Assembly: GCA_051294905.1 (NCBI GenBank)
Contig: CM119372.1
Span: 13,890,001-13,954,000, forward strand
DNA length: 64,000 nucleotides
Direction: 5' to 3'
From: Botryllus schlosseri
Lineage: Eukaryota
The position numbers were made by a program, and so were the translations under genes. The notes below the pieces were generated by a model. It saw nothing but the letters and a program-made list of their open reading frames with translations. It did not search any database and was not told the DNA's origin. How positions within the stretch are numbered: the stretch's first letter is position 1; every line of letters begins with the position of its first letter. Positions 13,059 through 27,402 of this stretch are shown piece by piece.

Positions 13059-15654
13059 AGTATGATTTATAAAGAAAGTTGTTATATCATTAGACCTTAT
13101 TTTAATCGAAAACCTCATATTGTCTTCCAATATCTCTTCCAATATTTTAGTTATAAGAAGCAAAACAAATGTAATCGTGAGTAATCGTGATTACTTTTGA
13201 AATGTAATCGTAATCGTAATCGACTACTTCCTGATTTTGCTGTAATCGTAATCGTAATCGTAATCGCGGGATTCACAAGTAATCGTAATCGCAATCGATT
13301 GCATTCGTGAAGTAATCACCCCATGTCTGCTCAGGAGCAGTTAAACAATACTTGGTGCAAATTAGTTGACCTTGCAGGCCGAAATCTATCTCGATATTTA
13401 CTAGAATTTTACCAACCAGTTGTTATGGGATAAGATTATGAGAGAACATATCGCTATACAGCTAGTAGCACCAAGCGTATACTCTGATATGAAATACAAT
13501 CTTCGATAGCAGACGGATGGGCGTATAGACAGACACTAGTAAGATAACATTGATTTTCGATTGAGTTAGCATTATGACGTCATCTGTTCGTGTTCGCACG
13601 AACCAGAACCACAACCTCCCTAATATATGTAGCCCAGACAAAACAAATCACAACATCAACTGATACTTGCGATGCTGGTTGCCAAAATCTATTTTGATTA
13701 CCAACTTAACACGATTATCTTTGGCAATTGTTTTCTTCCACTTTCGACTGAAAATTATTATAATTATATTATTTTCAAAACGACAGTGGTGCTTATCGCA
13801 TAGAAAGATCATAAGCACCGGGACAAATGATATTTGTAAGTATGCAGTTTATTGAGCTCGTAATTATGACGGATGGATTAATTTTTTGCCACTCTCATTC
13901 ACTCTTTATTCTCTCCCACAATGGCTGATCCGCCTCCGTAGCTTTACCGCTGAATATTTTGCCTGGCCCACTGCTGGCCGAAGACGAGTGAAGTTGAGCC
14001 TACATAAACCTCCGACACGTTGATAATATTCTCTCTTGTTCGTCAAAAGGAGCCAGGTATCTGATTTCATGCGGATATGGTATTGTAAAGCCCAATATTT
14101 TTAGAGCAGGTATATTTGTTCTCTGTATTCTAAATCAACTGGAATCGTACTTGAATCTCAAGTGTTTAGTATTCAATGTGTGCCTCTCCATCGATAACAA
14201 GTTTACACCGGACTGATGTTCTTTTTTGATTCCGGAGATGGCGACTTGTCTTTAGGTTTAGGCATAGATTGGGTGGCGTTTGGCAGTTTGGTTCCATATA
14301 AACCACCAACACCTGGGTAAGGATCCTGGAGTCTATATCGGCAGAAATCGAAACCGCATCCTCATTGGTATTGCAGCAGTCGACCATATACCATAATGAT
14401 ACTCGCCACTGCTGCTATGATACGAAGACTGTATAGGTGTGCTCTGTGCATATCGTCATGTGACGTGGCAGAAATTAGAAACACGCACCTATAGAAGCGA
14501 ATTTCCATGATATGACGCTGATTAACAACAATATAAATATTTATAGCCTATAATGTATCAAAATAGTGTTAGATTTAGCAATTCATTAAAGAACAATAGT
14601 CGCAATTCGGTTTTTCCAAAATGTACAGTCATTCAAAAAGAGCAATTAAATATATTTCAATTCAATTTGTTCTATACATACCTCAAGAAAAATCACGCTG
14701 CTGTTTCTTTGTTTTGGCTTTATTCACACACGTACAACAGTGGCGCTTGTCGGCTAATAAGGTCAGGTGAGCCAACAGTAACTCCGACAATGTTCATTGT
14801 TTATGGCCTTTGCTTTTCATAATCTTCCGGCCGCGCTATTTCGCCAGCAGTCTCTCTGTCGTGACCAAGTGCTTTAGTCGCTTCCCTGGCTATAATGAAG
14901 CAGTCCGTCGACTTTGTACATGTAGGCTATGTACAGTACACAATTATACATGTATGACGTACAAGCACATTACACGTACGTACAATCATCAAGCAGCAGA
15001 TGTGGTCAAAGTAGTCAATATTCTACTTGAGTACCGTCAATGTCGGCGACTATCTCGGCCCCTCTACCAGAAATTATTTCATTGTTTTACTGGCATACCA
15101 TCAATGTTGGGAATCTCTGTCAATGTCTGATGTGTTTGCATTTCCAATACGCAAGAGAGGACAATGGTGAAAAATAAAACAACTTTCTCCGAGGCATCCA
15201 GGCTAGTATGCAAGACTACTTAACACTTAATGCTTACTATAGGCTACTCGAGTGGTATTCGAAGCAAGGAAGGATATTCTACTTCTACGTGAGCTAACTT
15301 GGAGCACTACTTCTACTCGTACTCGAGTAGAATTTCATGTCACTACTTGTTGACATACCTTAAACATGCACCTCTGTTGATTAGTAATTGTACGTGCATG
15401 TACAATTGTATGTACGTACAATGTACATGTATCCGACGTAGCTGCGATATAGCCGACATAGTCACCATAGTCGACATGCACAGAGTATATAGACGCCAAC
15501 GAAGTATTCTAATACTGATATAGTAATCCAAGAAGGGCAACATTCTAGGTCACGCGGGTTCAGGTTTTATACGTCAGGATTGTTTGTACAAACTATACGA
15601 GTAACTGCTGATGGTTGACTTGGAGCCATAATTTGAAAACACGTGCATTGAAAG

Positions 15655-16710
15655 CAGACTTGGACAACTAGAAAATTTTCAGCTTTTCCAAATTAAATTA
15701 GAAATAGAATTAGAGGTAAACAGTTTTTTAAATTATAGATTAGAATTAGAATTACTGAATTCGCAAGAACTTGGGAATTGAATGAAATTGTGAATGGGAA
15801 ATAAATACAGCTGAAATGAAGCTTGGCTCATTTTGTACTCTACCAGTGGTCACGGCAATCGCGTTCGGCGATCTGATTTGTGATTTTGGAAGAACGCGAG
15901 ATAAAGCATTTTGAAATGCTGAAATTGATTTCAGTTTCAACTTACTATTGTTGTTGTTTCAAAATAAGCCATCTGCCTGAGCCCAACAACACTATTCCAC
16001 ACTAGCTGAAACAGCTTCGGCGATGGCAACAGCATTCCATCGATGGAGAGTCAGCTGATATCAATAAGCATATTGCCTCGACGTGAAATGACCCAGACAC
16101 TGCCAAGACGGAGACGCTTAGAAAACGACATATAGGACGTCTCCACAACAACAACAACTATATTTTGGATGAGATAGTCGTTCAGATAGTAACATTTCTG
16201 GTTAGCTCCAATATAGATTCATTGGTCGCTGGAAAGCGTTGTCGGGTATCGTACTTAGCTCATATTTCAAAATAAAATCAGATTTCTTTTTGTATTTGTA
16301 CTACTTTAAATAAAATATTACTTCTTTTGTGGTAACCATGAGCAATTGAGCATCGCGCATGTTAGTCAACATGGCATTGTACTAACGTAAAGTTTTAAAA
16401 ACTAGAATGTTGTTCGCAGACTACAAGCTACTATGCTAGCAGGCTTTTATTCGTCACAATAACTATAAGGACTGTACGGTGTAAGGCAATGGCGGCTTGG
16501 CACTGGATTTCCCTGCTCGAGAGGGATATTCTTGTTAACTCGCTGAAAAATGCCTCGGACAAAGAGGCATTTTCCGAAAAACAATACATTAGATTAGACT
16601 TAGAATTAGAGCTTAGGAACATTTCACAAATTAGATTAGAATTAGATTACTGGGTTTCGCTCTAATTTAGTGCAATTAGACAACTAGAATTATCTAGTTG
16701 TCCAAGTCTG
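15655..16710. mobile_element. hAT (Ac-type) MITE with TTAGAA subterminal repeats
   Basis: Perfect TIR CAGACTTGGACAACTAGA; perfect TSD attgaaag. Confidence 0.88.
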
Positions 16711-16812
16711 ATTGAAAGCTATGATGAGTGTCATGTCCTTGAGTTAAAAATATCAGCGGTGTTCTACTTTGTACCTTAGACAGAAAGGGGGACAGACGAA
16801 CATATTGTTTAG

Positions 16813-17783
16813 TAGGGATGGTGTGAACCTCTGAAAGGTTCAGGTTCGTGTGAACGTGAACCTTTTTGAAAGGTTCTGTGTGAACGCGAACGTGAACCTC
16901 GTGATGTCATATTGCTAATTCCAACCCTATACATTTCAGTGAAGTGATAGCCTATATTAATGTACACAATACCTAGCGACGACTCGGACCACATAATGCC
17001 GCAACGCTGAAGTACATATTGACGTTTTTAAACGTCGTCAAATGTATCAACTGAGAAATCAAATGATATAATATTCCCATAAAATCAATATCTTCCGTCG
17101 CTTTCCTAACAATTTCGACGAAGACTTGCAAGGGAATATTATAAGCTTACGCCTTAACGGTCTAGGCCAGACCGGGCAATGTATTCGGCGTCTGAGTATT
17201 GCTACGTTAATATTGAGCAGAGTGTAAAACGAGTTTCTATACTTGCTACCGATATTACCCCACTAACACGTTATACAGCAGTGGCCAACAACCCGCACGG
17301 ATTTCGTTTTTATGATACAATAAACATATGAAGTCAAGATTGACCCCTACTCCTGCGAGATATTTTACATCAGACAACGATATCAATTTCATTGATTGGT
17401 TGAATAACCATCATTCGCTGACTACCTACATGTAGTGTATTTCGCTCTCGATGTTGTGTGATTGCGGTTCAAGCTCACCGCAAAGAATCACTAAATATTC
17501 GACCAAACTTTTGTAACAAAGCTCTAGTAAAATTTTTGAGATTGTCAAGATGGATGCTCGTTTAGTGCTGATTGTTTATGCTGCCAGTGCCAGGCATATA
17601 GTGGACAGCAGTTTTATTGCAATAAATTTCAATCAAAGATGATATAATGAAGTGAAAATTGTAATATATGAAAAAGGTTCACAGTGCAGAACCTACCAAG
17701 GTTCGTTTGCGAACGTGAACCTCTAAATTTCTGAGGTTCACACACAGAACGCGAACGTGAACCTCGCGTTCACACCATCCCTA
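16813..17783. mobile_element. MITE with GAACGTGAAC subterminal repeats
   Basis: TIR TAGGGATGGTGTGAAC; flanks attgtttag/aatgtttag; partial copy at ~40372-40580. Confidence 0.82.
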
Positions 17784-18577
17784 AATGTTTAGTCCCTAAG
17801 TTACGAAAAATCCAGCCAACCATGCAGTCAAGCTGATATCAAAGCAATGAGAAAGACTGCGCAGAATCGGCTGACTAGTCACGAAGTAGCGTGGTGCGCG
17901 GTGCCATCACGTGGGTAGGTGTAGCTTATCAGAGGTGGTCAAAGTAGTCAAGAAAGTTACTCAAGTAGAAGTAGAAGTAGCGACAAAAAAATATACTCAA
18001 GTACGAGTAGAAGTACTTCTTCCATAGACAACCTAAAACTACTTGAAGTAGAAGTAGAATTGACTGACTTCAAATCTACTCAAGTAAATAAGTAGTTGTG
18101 AAAACGATCGTAATTCGTTCGTGTGGATTGTCAAATGATGCAAATTGAGCTATGCGAAAGGTGCCGAGCTTGATTCATATTGATGCATACCAATTACCAG
18201 AAGGTATCCAATTTTCGTCAGCATAAGCATTCGGTCGCTTGGAATGCCAAAAGCTGCAAATTGAGCTATGTGGAAGGTGTAGAGAGCTTGATTCATATTG
18301 ATGCATCCCAGGAGGTATCAATTTTCGACAGAATAAGTATTCGTCCTCATTATGGGATGAAAATGATAGTATTGATATGGAAATGCAATGCTAATCCTTT
18401 GTGTACTAGAACAGCACGTTTTAGAAAATATCATGGTATGGCGCACTCCCCCATATTATAAGGCCCATATTTTAGTCGAAGAGCAATACGGAGAAGTTGT
18501 ATAAATGTATAGGATACGGTGTAAACACTTTGCGCGATTAGTAAACGTTAATAAAAAATATGGTGGATCGTAAAAAT

Positions 18578-19019
18578 TAGGCTTACCATATTTTGGAAAT
18601 GTAAAAAGAGGACACTTTTTCAGAAATTTCAGACATGCAAAATTGGAGAAGAATTCTCAAAAACCGGTAAATTTCTCCCACTTCGTGATCGGTTGACTAA
18701 AAAAAAAAGGTCTTCACTTCCGCTCAGAGCTCAAAATAACGTTTTTCTCTCCACATTTCCAGGTGGATGACTAAAAAAAAAGGTCTTCTTTTTGCTCAGA
18801 GCTAAAATCACAGCTTTTCCCTCCGAAATACCCGTCGGTGCTTCACTTCTGCGCTAATTTGCGGCATAGCACTCGCATTTTCCTCTAAATCTCACCTGAA
18901 TTTTCAAAAAAGAGGACAAAATCTCAAAAAAGAGGACAAAAGGGCGTCCTCCGAGGACACTTTCAAAAAAGTCAAAAAAGAGGACAAATCCTCTTAAAAG
19001 AGGACGTATGGTAAGCCTA
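18578..19019. mobile_element. Nested MITE with AAAGAGGAC repeats
   Basis: TIR TAGGCTTACCATA; perfect TSD gtaaaaat; related to 62117-62317. Confidence 0.85.
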
Positions 19020-19076
19020 GTAAAAATGCCATATTGTGTAGCTTTATTTCCGGAAATTAAAGGCATTACTACACTA

Positions 19077-20278
19077 GGCCCGTATTCAAGAAACCTTACT
19101 CAGTGCTCAAACTCATTTTGCGTCAACATTGCGTAAGAATCGGTATTCAGAAAGCGAAGCGAGAGAACGAGTTTGAGTTCGACTGGAGTCGAACTTGGCA
19201 CTCTTTCGAGTTCTACTTTTGTGGTTATGGTATTCAATGACGATCTGAGGTTGGAGTCGATCTCGAAATGCGTCGTTTGAGCAAGCGTTTTCCGAGTCAA
19301 GCCGTGGGCAGACTCAAGGCCTTACTCATTCCCTTTTTTACGGTTTGGTCCTGAATATTTTGCAAAAATTGCGCTGTGAGCATGTTTGGTGCCTGAATTC
19401 ACAATTTCAACTGTAATATATAGCACCGTTCATGTTCGAAATCAGGAAATCATGTTCTAGCGCCGTATGGCTTCATCGTCGGCTGCATAGGCTATTCCCA
19501 AATCGGCGGACATTTTCATCAGAAAGGTTTCCGATGGATTCCCAAAATCGGTTAATTCCTCACAACGCTCGGTTTTTTCACTTAATATAAAACTTAGCAT
19601 CAGGATATGTAGAAACGAATGGAGAATGAATGTTACTGAAAAACCACACACAAGCTGTTGTGTACAATAGCGATCCTCCAATCCCAGCAAGAACCGAATC
19701 CTCGGCGATGCGAACAAATGCACTACACGATGGTAGATGACCAGGCGCTTTACGAATGTACGCAATGTTAGATCACAGCAATACAGTTGATAAAACCCTC
19801 CGTCCCTGTGTATGGCGAAAATATCAACAACGCGGTACCAATACCCATCATCAGTAATCCAATAAATAGCTTGTGCTTATGCCTGAAAACTTCAGGATGA
19901 AGTCTGGTGTTTCATTATTTGAAAATATTTGCTTTGGCTACTACAGTATGTCAAATAGTCATGTTATTGAGCGGTGTTATTTCGTCTATACATCCGGCGT
20001 ATGATTTTAATACAATGTGTTGACGTAATTGAAGGCAATACTAGGCAACCAACATCACATCCAAACCCGCGAATTGCCAGATCGCGAGCAATTAACAAAA
20101 CCGCAGATGTCTGCAAGCAGTCATCAAGCTGTCTAATCTATCGAGTAAAGACTCGAAACCGAGCAACGCTCGAAATCCTATCCGAATACCAAACGATCTC
20201 TCGAATCGAGCTTGACTCAGCCTTTGCTCCGTCGAGCACGACTTGAGTTTGAGATAGAGACGTGTTTCTGAATACGGG
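19077..20278. mobile_element. Nested element with long imperfect TIRs, possibly PIF/Harbinger-like
   Basis: GGCCCGTATTCAAGAAAC .. GTTTCTGAATACGGG; absent from the second family E copy; right end appears clipped by a deletion. Confidence 0.55.
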
Positions 20279-20929
20279 AATTGATAGCGAAATTTAAATG
20301 CTACTTCCAAAAGCGGAAAATGTTTTCCATGGCTTTAGTCCAGAAAGTTTCAAAGGCGGTATGCTAAAACAGCTCTAAAACTGAAGAAAAAGTCAGAGTC
20401 CTCTTTTCCAGATTAGGACAAGTCATGATACGACATGATACCTGATACATGATACGACATGATAGGTAAATGCTAGATCGGGAAACATCAGTTCCAAACT
20501 TTGTGATGAGCCATATATACTGTGATGAAATATGAAGGCCGACAATGCGGTGTGAACGGAACCACGCCAACCCGCTGACTAAATTATATTCACCGATACT
20601 TTCGTGAAATCATACCGGTTACTCCGTATCCACTGAGCGCGAAGCGCGACGAAAATTCTGGGCTTTACTCAACTTTTATGAAAATTAAATGTTGATACTC
20701 CGTGAATACAGCCCCGAAATTCCTCGAGCTATCTTCCTGATTGGATGATTAAACTAATTCTACTTGACAAACTGAAAATAGCGAAAAGTAAGTAAGTAGA
20801 TCACAAAATATTACGAAGTGGAAGTAGAAGTAGCGAAAATCAGATCTACTTGAGTAAGTACCAGTGGTAGAGAAAACTACTTGAGTACTTCGAAAAAGTA
20901 GAAGTACTTCGTTACCGACCACCTCTGAG

Positions 20930-22563
20930 CTTAATACACTGGCAATCTAGCGTATGCAGTACAAAATAGCAGAAAATACCAATACACCCGATTGTTCGCC
21001 CGTAAACGTCCGCGAAGACAATCTGTTTTAGGAAAGAGATGTGAAAGCTCTATCAAATATGCCGGACCTGACGTGCGGAACAGTATCCCGCCGGCTATCC
21101 GAGAGTCGACGAGCATGTTCTGTTCACATTCAAATCGAAGTATAAGCAATTTCTACTAAATGAATACTATAGTCCAGACCTGGGCAAGGTGCGGCCCGCG
21201 AAGTCATTCTGTGCGGCCCGCGAAAGGTTGCTTGGAATTCGTAACGTAAACCCTACTTTTTGAATGTTTACGCGTGGACTAAAACCATAGGCGGTATCAA
21301 CTAAACAGGAAATTCGTCGACTTTAAATCCTAATCATTAATATGCCACGATTACGCTGCCAACGCACCTCGCATGCATAATGCAAATTCAAAATAAAGGC
21401 AATGGGGCAAAGTCTGAGTAGCAATAAAAGACACAATAAATCATTCTTTCAAATCTCTAATTCGTAAAACAAGTCAATTGGTGCTCGCGATTAATATATG
21501 ACTCATATGTATCACTCATAAAGGCTGAACGGGCATGTCAAAAAAGTAAGCCGAAAGCTGAAATTCAAAGAAGGTTAGAGCGCTAAATATTTGTATACTG
21601 GAGTTAGGGGTACACTCCTGCTTTCAGTTTTGTGGAGCATGTCGCCGAGATTAAGGATTTTAATTATGTCGAAAACACGAAACACTAGGTCGAGGGAGGG
21701 CGAATTTCAGAAAAACTGCAAGCTTCGCTCAACATCAAGGCTATTACAGCAGCACAATGCTCGGAAGGCAGCGACCAATACAATAAACATTGTAGTATGC
21801 CTTATAGATTTCAGTGCAGTGGTTCTCGAACTGTATCTGAAGAGGGACGCGAAGAAGATGTTAAAAAATAAAAAAATTCGCGCTTCGCGCGATTTACCTC
21901 GATATTATGGTAATATACTTATGGCTCTGTGTATTGTCCGACTTTGATATTACATAATTCTCTCATCATCAGCCATAACCTTCCATGCCAACAAACCATC
22001 TGTTGGGATTGCTAGCATTCTCGTTTCTCTTTTTTTAAAGATTTTGTGATATCATGATAGGGGGGTCGAAAGCTTTCACTATCATAAAGGGAAGCCTGCC
22101 TAAATAGTTTGAGAACCACTCTCTTAGTGTAATAATAGAAGAACGTGGAGAGAGGTTGAAATAGAGGTAAAAATGTATCATGTTCAACATTGTTTCGACT
22201 CATGACGACAAATAGATGATTTTTTACTTAACCGCCACTTTCTCATTTCCTAACATCAACATGTTCACTGAGCAACATTAATAACAATGTAATTCAGAAA
22301 TAAAATTAACAAACGCTGGAAAACACAGCTAAAATTTTTCACTCGGCCCGCCAACGTATTTTCTACAGCTCATTTGACCCGCGGAGTAAAATAATTGCCC
22401 ATGCACCCGTGCTATAGTCCGTCCTCAAGATTACCGGATCACGACCTAACCTATAGATCTCGCTTTATGTGACATGCCAATCCATTTTTGTTGCTTGCTT
22501 TTCTATATTATCTTCTTTTACTTTTCAGTCAGTGTGCATGCCTCCTCTTCACATCGCCTAGGC
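20930..22563 (+). mobile_element. L2/Crack-like LINE 3' fragment split by a MITE (pieces ~20930-21174 and 22420-22563)
   Basis: SSIKYAGPDVRNSIPPAIREST..FKSKYKQFLLNEY; the 3' UTR resumes after the insertion and matches 12780-12925. Confidence 0.7.
21175..22411. mobile_element. Buster-type MITE (GCGGCCCGCG subterminal motif) with a smaller decayed MITE at 21817-22121
   Basis: Perfect TSD ctatagtc; CAGACCTGGGCAA..TTGCCCATGCACCCGTG ends. Confidence 0.75.
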
Positions 22564-23804
22564 CAGTGGTTCCCAACCTTTTTTGACCCATCGCCCCCTT
22601 TTCAAGGTCAACACCGATCATCGCCCTCCAAATTTTGTGTACCGAAAATTGGGCATACAAACTGTAATCACCGGCGGGTTGACTAAAAAAAAAAGGTTCA
22701 AATTTTCTTAGGGAAAATTAAATAAAAATTTTTAATTGGATCTGCGGAGTCCTATACTGGTCAGAATTGAACCAAATTTGGTGTGCAGCCTTTTTTAGGG
22801 TAACCTGACAATTTAATCAGTGAATGGCTGGAATCCTGGAAAAAAAGTTATTTTTGAACAGCCCTAATGCATATGCACGCACAGATCGTGTGTACGTATA
22901 TCATGAGTCGGTGTATATGCCGCAAAATATCAAGGACAAAAATAAACTCCGTCCTTTCTCTTCTCGTTAGTCACGTGACGTAATTTGGGTAAAGCCCGCG
23001 TGATTTTCAGTTATCCCCGAAGAATGTCGTGTGCGATGTCACTGAGATTTTGAAAATACGGCACGCTGTTTTGAATTTACCTCGCCATAGTCGCAGTTTC
23101 CTTTTCTTGAGAACAACGAATGACATTCCATTTGGCCTCGCGTCACTACATGTGAGAACTTATGATATTTCTGTTGATTACTCACATAAAAGTCACTGTG
23201 AGTCGTGCTGTTAATGATCAACCTATTGCCACATAGCTGGTGTACTCGATGGAATGCATCGACACATGGTAACCATATTCTCAGAATTATTTCCAGCTTG
23301 TCTCGGTTTTCTTCCCCTATACGAATGCGGGATACGTCCCATAACGCTTCATGTGTGATGCTGTAAATATTACGATGAATGAAACGATATTCAGAAGAGA
23401 TCCCATTAAGGCGCTCAAATGTAGTAACAAAGAATTCCCCACCTACACTCAGCGAAAATTGTTGCTCACTACGCTGATGAAAATGGACCTGCGGGCACCA
23501 CAGAAAAGCTATTTGATTACCGAAAAGTGGAAGTAGGCCTACTTCCAATTCTGCGAATTCGACAGCTCACATATCCGGTATACACAATTTAAGGAAAGGA
23601 AACGGAAACGTGGTCGATTTAAAAAAAGGGTCGAGAGAAGTTTTTTTATTGACCTGAGAAAATCTAGCATCGGCATCTAGCTTAGGGCGCATTGCCAAAA
23701 CTCCAGAACAGTGGTTCTTGACCTTCACTAACGCCAAATTTATACAAACAAAAATCTACCACGAGACGCTCCACTAAAGATATAAATAATACATTGCTAT
23801 AGAT

Positions 23805-26429
23805 CAGTGTTCTTCAACCTTTTTCGTTGTGGTACACCCTTTTAACGTTTAATCGATGCTCGTACACCCCTGACCGCATACCTCACTGATTCCGCATATA
23901 AGCCTAATCCAGGGGTGTTCCAACTACTTGCTACTCACGGACGTGCTTAGATTTCATATATAGCATACAGCCGGATTCCGGCGGAAAGTCGTCACGGCCC
24001 ATCTGGACGTGATACACTAATATTAAATTGGTTTCTGGGAACTTCGCACCGCGGAGATCCCTTGTGGTGTTCTGTGCCATTACTGATTTTTTGAGATGTA
24101 CCTTGCGTATAAAAGTTTTAAATTGTAGCAGGAGAACACCCCCGCATGCTTGCTATCTATACACTAAATCAGAGGTATCAAACTCAAATGGGCTCGCGGG
24201 CCAATTTCATAATTTTGATGACGCCACGGGCCACAGCATCAATAATAGGGATATTCAATGTACAATTTCCAAGTAGGCCTTATTTCACGGGGCCTAGCAG
24301 ACAGGCATTCCTCAAACATCGTGGAAATGTAATTTCCTATTGTACTATTTACGCTTGACACACGGAATAAAAATCACATTTTCAAATATTTGAATAAAAT
24401 TGTTTTTGTGTCAGGCATATTTTTTTTTAATTAATGCGTTACAGACATCATGCGAGAGGATGCATCATGGCATCGTAAAGCTGTTGGTTATAATATTGCT
24501 GCTAGTGGATCTTTGACGTGCCACAATTTTATGTAGAATATTTTAAAATCTACTGAAGATTGATCCGATATCAGAGAATTTTAACGGTGTAGCCTAATCC
24601 TGGTTTTGATATAATCGTGATAAGTATAGGCTATTGTTACAGTCATTGCCAAAGTCAAATTAAATCAGCGTTAGATTTTGCCTTCAAATAATATTGAAAC
24701 ATATCAATAACAACTTAAATATAATCATTATTGAGTCATAGTGTTCATTGTGCTTCCAATAAGATTTCTCGTAGCCCCTGTCCCTTTTCAACACATTCTC
24801 TGATGGTACCTATATTAAAAATCACAGAGCCCATTCACTTTAAATCGCGCGTAGCGCTAAGACTTTATTCCAGTTGAATAAATTGGCCAAGAAAATATTT
24901 CACAGCATATAGGCCTAATTCCACAATGCATCTCGTGCACCCTGATGTGGTGCTTCGTACCATGATGGGGTTTAAGGACCGTGGTTAAGAACCCCTGGAA
25001 TAGATATGTCCAATCGGCGAAGAATTCGTTGATGTTACAGCTGTAGAGCGTACAGCTACCTTACTCGCCACCGATAATAAGATGGATAAAGAGAATAAAC
25101 AACAAGTTTTTTGATATTTCAGTGATTTTTACGTAGTTTTAGCGTGAACTTTAAGTTTTTATATCTAAAAAAGATATATGGCACTCGAATATATATTTTT
25201 GAATACTTGAAATTACAAAATGCCGTTGCGGGCCGCACAGAATGCTCTCGCGGGCCGCGTGTTTGAGACCTCTGCACAAAATACTTGATTCCCCGTCTAT
25301 AGTCGCGCGATGGCGCGAAGCGCAAAAATCCATCTGGAGGGTAATTTCGTCGATAATATTGGCAGTTTCATATATTTCTGTCAAATGTTTATCCATTATT
25401 ATTATCCAACGTGATCAGATTAACCAATATCGGTAATGGCCGGTGTCTTATAGAATGTTGGGCACAAAATTATTGATGATGCATCTTCGGGTTTTTATTA
25501 ATCGCTTTGTTGCATGTTTTTATTTTTTGACCTCCCATCAGGATTCCAGGCATATAGTCGAAATATGTATTGGAATCGGTCAAACGTACTAAAAAAACCT
25601 TAATTTGTGGCACGCACACGAGACGCGCACTCAGTATTTCTTTATGGGGTGCATCATTTTTCTCTGCGCTTCGCATTTGTACGGTGGACTCAGATTACAC
25701 TATTATATTAAAAACAAAAAATCCGCGCCGCCCTCAATCGCGCAAAGCGTGAATAAAATTTTCAAGTTTAAAATCTCTCAAAGATTCGGGAACCAATTCG
25801 TTAATTCTAATTGCATAGTGACGGACGCCAACACACGCAAATTTAATTACGTGTAGGGAGCCGATTAATTATTGTTTAGCGGTTGCATGCGAACGTACGT
25901 CTGCAGGTTGGTCACCTGTAGCCAGATGAAATAAGGGTGAACAAGGTTGCAATGTATTTGAAATGCTTAATCAGGGCTCGAAGTTACCGGACCAACATCT
26001 AGCACGGTGGTTCTCAAACTAGACCCATCGAGACAAGCTGGCTACGGCCCTGCAATTACGTACAATACACTATTTATAAGCATCGATCAGAAAGTATACT
26101 AATTCAATATTTATGATCTCTCTTGTCGCAAGCTAAACACATGTCGCAAGCTAAACACATGTCAACTACATCCTGTTCTACTCCAAAAGTAACAAATAAA
26201 TACATTACCAACATTTGAATAAGGTGAAGCATTTGCTTATGACATCAGAAAAGGAATGTAATGGTGCGAAATGCACACGCGGTCAAAATGTTCTGAAGCA
26301 TAAATTTGCCTTTTTGTAATAGCTTGTTTTTGGTCAATTTTAATGCGAATCTGGTACACCCCCGTACACCCCATCTAAGCGGTACAACTTTCTCTTTAAG
26401 TTTTTGTACACCCCGGTTGAAGAGCACTG
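23805..26429. mobile_element. Buster-type element with nested MITEs (23910-25920 and, within it, 24170-25274)
   Basis: TIR CAGTG(T/C)TCTTCAACC with perfect TSD ctatagat; inner element TIR CAGAGGT(A/C)TCAAAC with TSD cactaaat/cacaaaat. Confidence 0.8.
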
Positions 26430-26696
26430 CTATAGATTACTGGTGCACAAAAGGAACTGTGTATCAAGAGTGTTGAAAGAACGATACCAAAATTATAATT
26501 TTCACAGAGAACGAAAACATTATATTAAATATTTATTGAAAATCAGTGACTTCTGCTGTTCCCATTCAGACACCATATCAGAAATGAATCAGGAAATAGC
26601 CGATATCTCTTACATCTAATCAGGACTGAAACAGCACTTCGTCAGACCCCCCCCCCCCCAAAAAAAAATATATATATATATTAATAATAATAATAA

Positions 26697-27402
26697 CATC
26701 ACCACTTCGACAAAAAATTGGTACGATTACAGCCCAGCACCAGTGACAGAAAACGACTAGGTAAAAATTCTGTGGGATGTACCAGTTATAACTGACCGCG
26801 AAATCAGAAGCAACCGCCCGGATATGATCCACAAACTAAAAAAGAAAAGAGAATACTAATTCATTGAACTGGCTGTCCCAGCTGATCACAATATACAACA
26901 AAAAGAATCAGAAAAGCAGTCCAAATACGCAGACCTCAAAATGGAATGTGAGAAAATGTGGCAATGCAAAATAAACATTGTACCGATCGTCATTCGCGCT
27001 ACAGGGGTTGTAAGCAAAAAACTCAAGAGACATATCCAACAGATTCCGTGTAACGTTCGATTCGAGATGATCCAATAGATCACGTTATTAGGCACTGTGC
27101 ATATTCTTCGGAAGGCCTTGAATGCACCACTGGACTACAATTATACTAGTGAATCACAGCATCATTTCTGTAATTTCGATTCTTCATTTTCAATCATCTC
27201 TACCTCTGCTCTGTAACCCTTGCCAATTCTTCATCTACTGCAATTCTGTAATTGACTTCTCCATGTATTGCATAGGAATAACAATTTGACTGCATTACTG
27301 AAATTTTAAAAATTTACTCCAATCTCGTCATTTTCCTTTGGGTGCAGTTCGCTCCCCGGATTATGTGTGCATTGACCAGTTTCTTACTGTGAATAAAGAA
27401 TA
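26697..27402 (+). mobile_element. 5'-truncated R4/Dong-clade non-LTR retrotransposon (restriction-like endonuclease remnant)
   Basis: One frame with 3 stops: WYDYSPAPVTEND*VKILWDVPVITDREIRSNRPDMI..IELAVPADHNIQQKESEKQSKYADL..W..IVPIVIRATG..IQ*ITLLGTVHILRKAL; flanked by (TAA)5 on both sides. Confidence 0.85.

Larger units (their letters stand above)
10352..13329. mobile_element. hAT (Ac-type) non-autonomous element with (GTAATC)n subterminal repeats, carrying nested insertions
   Basis: TIR CAGACATGGGG; perfect TSD ctcaggag; GTAATC arrays at both ends. Confidence 0.85.
17930..20927 (+). mobile_element. hAT-like element family E (AGTAGA subterminal repeats), copy 1 with two nested insertions
   Basis: TIR CAGAGGTGGTC; flanks agcttat/agcttaat; colinear (inverted) with 36687-38152. 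Confidence 0.85.

Noticed and set aside
10370..13320. GTAATC, GACTCGAGTC, AGTAGA and TTAGAA repeat arrays as CRISPR-like or regulatory arrays
   Set aside because: No repeat-spacer structure; they are subterminal repeats of TSD-flanked transposons in a eukaryotic genome.
23039..23548. 169-aa minus-strand ORF
   Set aside because: Non-ATG start, lies among repeats, no recognisable motif.
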